The position numbers and the translations under genes are program-made. From NCBI GenBank assembly GCA_964016885.1, contig OZ024743.1, positions 45,198,001 to 45,262,000 of the forward strand: a stretch of DNA of 64,000 nt, read 5' to 3'. Shown piece by piece: positions 57,301 through 64,000 of this stretch. The stretch comes from Eledone cirrhosa (lineage: Eukaryota). How positions within the stretch are numbered: position 1 is the stretch's first letter; the number at the start of each line of letters is the position of its first letter. The notes beneath the pieces were generated by a model, which was not told the origin of the DNA, ran no database searches, and saw nothing but the letters and a program-made list of their open reading frames with translations.

Positions 57301-60300
57301 TCACCCAAGTAGAGCAACAGAACTATATGAGATTCTAGTCTATCACCCAAGTAGACCAAAAGAACTTTATGAGATTCTAGTCTATCACCCAAGTAGACCA
57401 AAAGAACTTTATGAGATTCTAGTCTATCACCCAAGTAGGCTAACGGAACTTTATGAGATTCTAGTCTATCACCCAAGTAGGCTAACGGAACTTTATGAGA
57501 TTCTAGTCTATCACCCAAGTAGGCTAACGGAACTTTATGAGATTCTAGTCTATCACCCAAGTAGGCTAACGGAACTTTATGAGATTCTACTCTATCACCC
57601 AAGTAGGTTAACAGAACGTTATGAGATTCTAGTCTATCACCCAAGTAGGCTAACAGAACTTTATGAGATTCTAGTCTATCACCCAAGTAGGCTAACGGAA
57701 CTTTATGAGATTCTAGTCTATCACCCAAGTAGGCTAACGGAACTTTATGAGATTCTAGTCTATCACCCAAGTAGGCTAACAGAACGTTATGAGATTCTAG
57801 TCTATCACCCAAGTAGGCTAACAGAACTTTATGAGATTCTAGTCTATCACCCAAGTAGGCTAACGGAACTTTATGAGATTCTAGTCTATCACCCAAGTAG
57901 GCTAACGGAACTTTATGAGATTCTAGTCTATCACCCAAGTAGGCTAACAGAACGTTATGAGATTCTAGTCTATCACCCAAGTAGGCTAACAGAACTTTAT
58001 GAGATTCTAGTCTATCACCCAAGTAGACCAACAGAACTTTAGGAGATCCTAGTCTATCCCCCAAGTAGACCAACAGAACTTTATGAGATTCTAGTCTATC
58101 ACGCAAGTAGACCAACGGAACTTTATGAGATTCTAGTCTATCACCCAAGTAGGCTAACAGAACTTTATGAGATCCTAGTCTATCACCCAAGTAGACCAAC
58201 GGAACTTTATGAGATTCTAGTCTATCACCCAAGTAGGCTAACAGAACTTTATGAGATCCTAGTCTATCACCCAAGTAGACCAACGGAACTTTATGAGATT
58301 CTAGTCTATCACCCAAGTAGGCTAACAGAACTTTATGAGATCCTAGTCTATCACCCAAGTAGACCAACGGAACTTTATGAGATTCTAGTCTATCCCCCAA
58401 GTAGACCAACGGAACTTTATGAGATTCTAGTCTATCACGCAAGTAGACCAACGGAACTTTATGAGATTCTAGTCTATCACCCAAGTAGACCAACAGAACT
58501 TTATGAGATTCTAGTCTATCACCCAAGTAGACCAACAGAACTTTATGAGATCCTAGTCTATCACCCAAATAGACCAACAGAACTTTATGAGATTCTAGTC
58601 TATCACACAAGTAGACCAACAGAACTTTATGAGATTCTAGTCTATCACCCAAGTAGGCTAACGGAACTTTATGAGATTCTAGTCTATCACCCAAGTAGGC
58701 TAACAGAACTTTATGAGATTCTAGTCTATCACCCAAGTAGGCTAACGGAACTTTATGAGATTCTAGTCTATCACCCAAGTAGACCAACGCAACTTTATGA
58801 GATTCTAGTCTATCACCCAAGTAGACCAACGCAACTTTATGAGATTCTAGTCTATCACCCAAGTTGGCTAACAGAACTTTATGAGATTGTAGTCTATCAC
58901 CCAAGTAGACCAACGGAACTTTATGAGAGTCTAGTCTATCACCCAAGTAGGCTAACGGAACTTTATGAGATTCTAGTCTATCACCCAAGTAGACCAACGG
59001 AACTTTATGAGATTCTAGTCTATCACCCAAGTAGACCAACGGAACTTTATGAGATTCTAGTCTATCACCCAAGTAGACCAACGGAACTTTATGCGATTCT
59101 AGTCTATCACCCAAGTAGACCAACGGAACTTTATGAGATTCTAGTCTATCACCCAAGTAGACCAACGCAACTTTATGAGATTCTAGTCTATCACCCAAGT
59201 AGACCAACGGAACTTTATGAGAGTCTAGTCTATCACCCAAGTAGGCTAACGGAACTTTATGAGATTCTAGTCTATCACCCAAGTAGACCAACGGAACTTT
59301 ATGAGATTCTAGTCTATCACCCAAGTAGACCAACGGAACTTTATGAGATTCTAGTCTATCACCCAACTAGGCTAACGGAACTTTATGAGATTCTAGTCTA
59401 TCACCCAAGTAGGCTAACAGAACTTTATGAGATTATAGTCTATCACCCAAGTAGGCTAACAGAACTTTATGAGATTCTAGTCTATCACCCAAGTAGGCTA
59501 ACAGAACTTTATGAGATTCTAGTCTATCACCCAAGTAGGCTAACAGAACTTTATGAGATTCTAGTCTATCACCCAAGTAGGCTAACAGAACTTTATGAGA
59601 TTCTAGTCTATCACCCAAGTAGACCAACGGAACTTTATGAGATTCTAGTCTATCACCCAAGTAGGCTAACGGAACTTTATGAGATTCTAGTCTATCACCC
59701 AAGTAGGCTAACAGAAATTTATGAGATTCTAGTCTATCACCCAAGTAGGCTAACAGAACTTTATGAGATTCTAGTCTATCACCCAAGTAGGCTAACAGAA
59801 CTTTATGAGATTCTAGTCTATCACCCAAGTAGGCTAACGGAACTTTATGAGATTCTAGTCTGTCACCCAAGTAGACCAACGGAACTTTATGAGATTCTAC
59901 TCTATCACCCAAGTAGACCAACGGAACTTTATGAGATTCTAGTCTATCACCCAAGTAGACCAACGGAACTTTATGAGATTCTAGTCTATCACCCAAGTAG
60001 ACCAACGGAACTTTATGAGATTCTACTCTATCACCCAAGTAGACCAACGGAACTTTATGAGATTCTAGTCTATCACCCAAGTAGACCAACGGAACTTTAT
60101 GAGATTCTACTCTATCACCCAAGTAGACCAACGGAACTTTATGAGATTCTACTCTATCACCCAAGTAGACCAACGGAACTTTATGAGATTCTAGTCTATC
60201 ACCCAAGTAGACCAACGGAACTTTATGAGATTCTAGTCTATCACCCAAGTAGGCTAACAGAACGTTATGAGATTCTAGTCTATCACCCAAGTAGGCTAAC

Positions 60301-63300
60301 AGAACTTTATGAGATTCTAGTCTATCACCCAAGTAGACCAACGGAACTTTATGAGATTCTAGTCTATCACCCAAGTAGACCAACGGAACTTTATGAGATT
60401 CTAGTCTATCACCCAAGTAGGCTAACAGAACGTTATGAGATTCTAGTCTATCACCCAAGTAGGCTAACAGAACTTTATGAGATTCTAGTCTATCACCCAA
60501 GTAGACCAACGGAACTTTATGAGATTCTACTCTATCACCCAAGTAGACCAACGGAACTTTATGAGATTCTAGTCTATCACCCAAGTAGACCAACGGAACT
60601 TTATGAGATTCTACTCTATCACCCAAGTAGACCAACGGAACTTTATGAGATTCTACTCTATCACCAAAGTAGACCAACGGAACTTTATGAGATTCTAGTC
60701 TATCACCCAAGTAGACCAACGGAACTTTATGAGATTCTAGTCTATCACCCAAGTAGACCAACGGAACTTTATGAGATTCTACTCTAACACCCAAGTAGAC
60801 CAACGGAACTTTATGAGATTCTACTCTATCACCCAAGTAGACCAACGGAACTTTATGAGATTCTAGTCTATCACCCAAGTAGACCAACGGAACTTTATGA
60901 GATTCTAGTCTATCACCCAAGTAGACCAACGGAACTTTATGAGATTCTAGTCTATCACCCAAGTAGGCTAACAGAACTATATGAGATTCTAGTCTATCAC
61001 CCAAGTAGACCAACGGAACTTTATGAGATTCTAGTCTATCACCCAAGTAGGCTAACGGAACTTTATGAGATTCTAGTCTATCACCCAAGTAGACCAACGG
61101 AACTTTATGAGATTCTAGTCTATCACCCAAGTAGACCAACGGAACTTTATGAGATTCTAGTCTATCACCCAAGTAGGCTAACGGAACTTTATGAGATTCT
61201 AGTCTATCACCCAAGTAGGCTAACGGAACTTTATGAGATTCTAGTCTATCACCCAAGTAGACCAACGGAACTTTATGAGATTCTAGTCTATCACCCAAGT
61301 AGACCAACGGAACTTTATGAGATTCTAGTCTATCACCCAAGTAGACCAACGGAACTTTATGAGATTCTAGTCTATCACCCAAGTAGACCAACGGAACTTT
61401 ATGAGATTCTAGTCTATCACCCAAGTAGACCAACGGAACTTTATGAGATTCTAGTCTATCACCCAAGTAGACCAACGGAACTTTATGAGATTCTAGTCTA
61501 TCACCCAAGTAGACCAACGGAACTTTATGAGATTCTAGTCTAACACCCAAGTAGGCTAACGGAACTTTATGAGATTCTAGTCTATCACCCAAGTAGACCA
61601 ACGGAACTTTATGAGATTCTAGTCTATCACCCAATTAGACCAACGGAACTTTATGAGATTCTAGTCTATCACCCAAGTAGACCAACGGAACTTTATGAGA
61701 TTCTAGTCTATCACCCAAGTAGACCAACGGAACTTTATGAGATTCTAGTCTATCACCCAAGTAGACCAACGGAACTTTATGAGATTCTAGTCTATCACCC
61801 AAGTAGACCAACGGAACTTTATGAGATTCTAGTCTATCACCCAAGTAGACCAACGGAACTTTATGAGATTCTAGTCTATCACCCAAGTAGACCAACGGAA
61901 CTTTATGAGATTCTAGTCTATCACCCAAGTAGACCAACGGAACTTTATGAGATTCTAGTCTATCACCCAAGTAGACCAACGGAACTTTATGAGATTCTAG
62001 TCTATCACCCAAGTAGACCAACGGAACTATATGAGATTCTAGTCTATCACCCAAGTAGACCAACAGAACTTTATGAGATCCTAGTCTATCACCCAAGTAG
62101 ACCAACGGAACTTTATGAGATTCTAGTCTATCACCCAAGTAGACCAACGGAACTTTATGAGATTCTACTCTATCACCCAAGTAGACCAACGGAACTTTAT
62201 GAGATCCTAGTCTATCACCCAAGTAGACCAACGGAACTTTATGAGATTCTAGTCTATGAACCCAAGTAGGCTAACGGAACTTTATGAGATTCTAGTCTAT
62301 CACCCAAGTAGACCAACGGAACTTTATGAGATTCTAGTCTATCACCCAAGTAGGCTAACGGAACTTTATGAGATTCTAGTCTATCACCCAAGTAGACCAA
62401 CGGAACTTTATGAGATTCTAGTCTATGAACCCAAGTAGGCTAACGGAACTTTATGAGATTCTAGTCTATCACCCAAGTAGGCTAACGGAACTTTATGAGA
62501 TTCTAGTCTATCACCCAAGTAGACCAACGGAACTTTATGAGATTCTAGTCTATGAACCCAAGTAGGCTAACGGAACTTTATGAGATTCTAGTCTATCACC
62601 CAAGTAGACCAACGGAACTTTATGAGATTCTAGTCTATCACCCAAGTAGGCTAACAGAACGTTATGAGATTCTAGTCTATCACCCAAGTAGGCTAACAGA
62701 ACTTTATGAGATTCTAGTTTATCACCCAAGTAGACCAACGGAACTTTATGAGATTCTAGTCTATCACCCAAGTAGACCAACGGAACTTTATGAGATTCTA
62801 GTCTATCACCCAAGTAGGCTAACAGAACTTTATGAGATTGTAGTCTATCACCCAAGTAGACCAACGGAACTTTATGAGAGTCTAGTCTATCACCCAAGTA
62901 GGCTAACGGAACTTTATGAGATTCTAGTCTATCACCCAAGTAGACCAACGGAACTTTATGAGATTCTAGTCTATCACCCAAGTAGACCAACGGAACTTTA
63001 TGAGATTCTAGTCTATCACCCAAGTAGACCAACGGAACTTTATGCGATTCTTGTCTATCACCCAAGTAGACCAACGGAACTTTATGAGATTCTAGTCTAT
63101 CACCCAAGTAGACCAACGCAACTTTATGAGATTCTAGTCTATCACCCAAGTAGACCAACGGAACTTTATGAGAGTCTAGTCTATCACCCAAGTAGGCTAA
63201 CGGAACTTTATGAGATTCTAGTCTATCACCCAAGTAGACCAACGGAACTTTATGAGATTCTAGTCTATCACCCAAGTAGACCAACGGAACTTTATGAGAT

Positions 63301-64000
63301 TCTAGTCTATCACCCAACTAGGCTAACGGAACTTTATGAGATTCTAGTCTATCACCCAAGTAGGCTAACAGAACTTTATGAGATTCTAGTCTATCACCCA
63401 AGTAGGCTAACAGAACTTTATGAGATTCTAGTCTATCACCCAAGTAGGCTAACAGAACTTTATGAGATTCTAGTCTATCACCCAAGTAGGCTAACAGAAC
63501 TTTATGAGATTCTAGTCTATCACCCAAGTAGGCTAACAGAACTTTATGAGATTCTAGTCTATCACCCAAGTAGACCAACGGAACTTTATGAGATTCTAGT
63601 CTATCACCCAAGTAGGCTAACGGAACTTTATGAGATTCTAGTCTATCACCCAAGTAGGCTAACAGAAATTTATGAGATTCTAGTCTATCACCCAAGTAGG
63701 CTAACAGAACTTTATGAGATTCTAGTCTATCACCCAAGTAGGCTAACAGAACTTTATGAGATTCTAGTCTATCACCCAAGTAGGCTAACAGAACTTTATG
63801 AGATTCTAGTCTATCACCCAAGTAGGCTAACAGAACTTTATGAGATTCTAGTCTATCACCCAAGTAGGCTAACGGAACTTTATGAGATTCTAGTCTGTCA
63901 CCCAAGTAGACCAACGGAACTTTATGAGATTCTACTCTATCACCCAAGTAGACCAACGGAACTTTATGAGATTCTAGTCTATCACCCAAGTAGACCAACG
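51322..64000. repeat. 42-bp tandem satellite (~300 copies, continues past the window) with a ~4-kb higher-order repeat
   Basis: Monomer gagattctagtctatcacccaagtag(acc/gct)aac(g/a)gaactttat; rare variants recur at 3990 and ~3951 bp spacing. Confidence 0.98.

Noticed and set aside
51242-63998. Giant ORFs (up to 2048 aa) as protein-coding genes
   Set aside because: They arise from a 42-bp (14-codon) satellite, occur on both strands, lack proper starts and are broken by sporadic indels and stops.
51322-64000. CRISPR array
   Set aside because: Head-to-tail monomers with no unique spacers, no cas genes, and a eukaryotic context.

Overview
AT-rich, repeat-saturated eukaryotic (animal) genomic DNA. 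The tRNA-derived SINEs and the microsatellite load suggest an octopod cephalopod, which is an inference. No intact host gene is evident; there are only weak exon candidates at 1-93, 3077-3100 and 24348-24415. Positions 1-50.3 kb are dominated by (TA)n, (CA)n and (GAA)n tracts colonised by Penelope-like elements (PLEs). These comprise one near-full-length, frameshifted Neptune-type PLE (43.4-49.1 kb), an internally deleted relative (28.6-32.7 kb), two 5'-truncated GIY-YIG-bearing PLEs, and more than a dozen short fold-back or tandem non-autonomous derivatives. Read by eye, they carry at least 15 hammerhead-ribozyme (HHR) motifs. Most are minimal type I motifs with family-specific palindromic stem III, and two families have non-canonical cores (U3-A8; U3-A8 plus A13C). 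One fold-back element carries a tRNA cloverleaf instead of an HHR. Also present are RTE, R4/Dong-like, CRE-like and Hero-like non-LTR remnants, a young non-autonomous LTR element with a repeated LTR-end/PBS array, mariner/Tc1 remnants, MITEs and SINEs. From 51.3 kb to the window end runs a 42-bp satellite with a ~4-kb higher-order repeat, apparently amplified out of the Hero-like retroelement. All calls come from visual reading; no searches were run.
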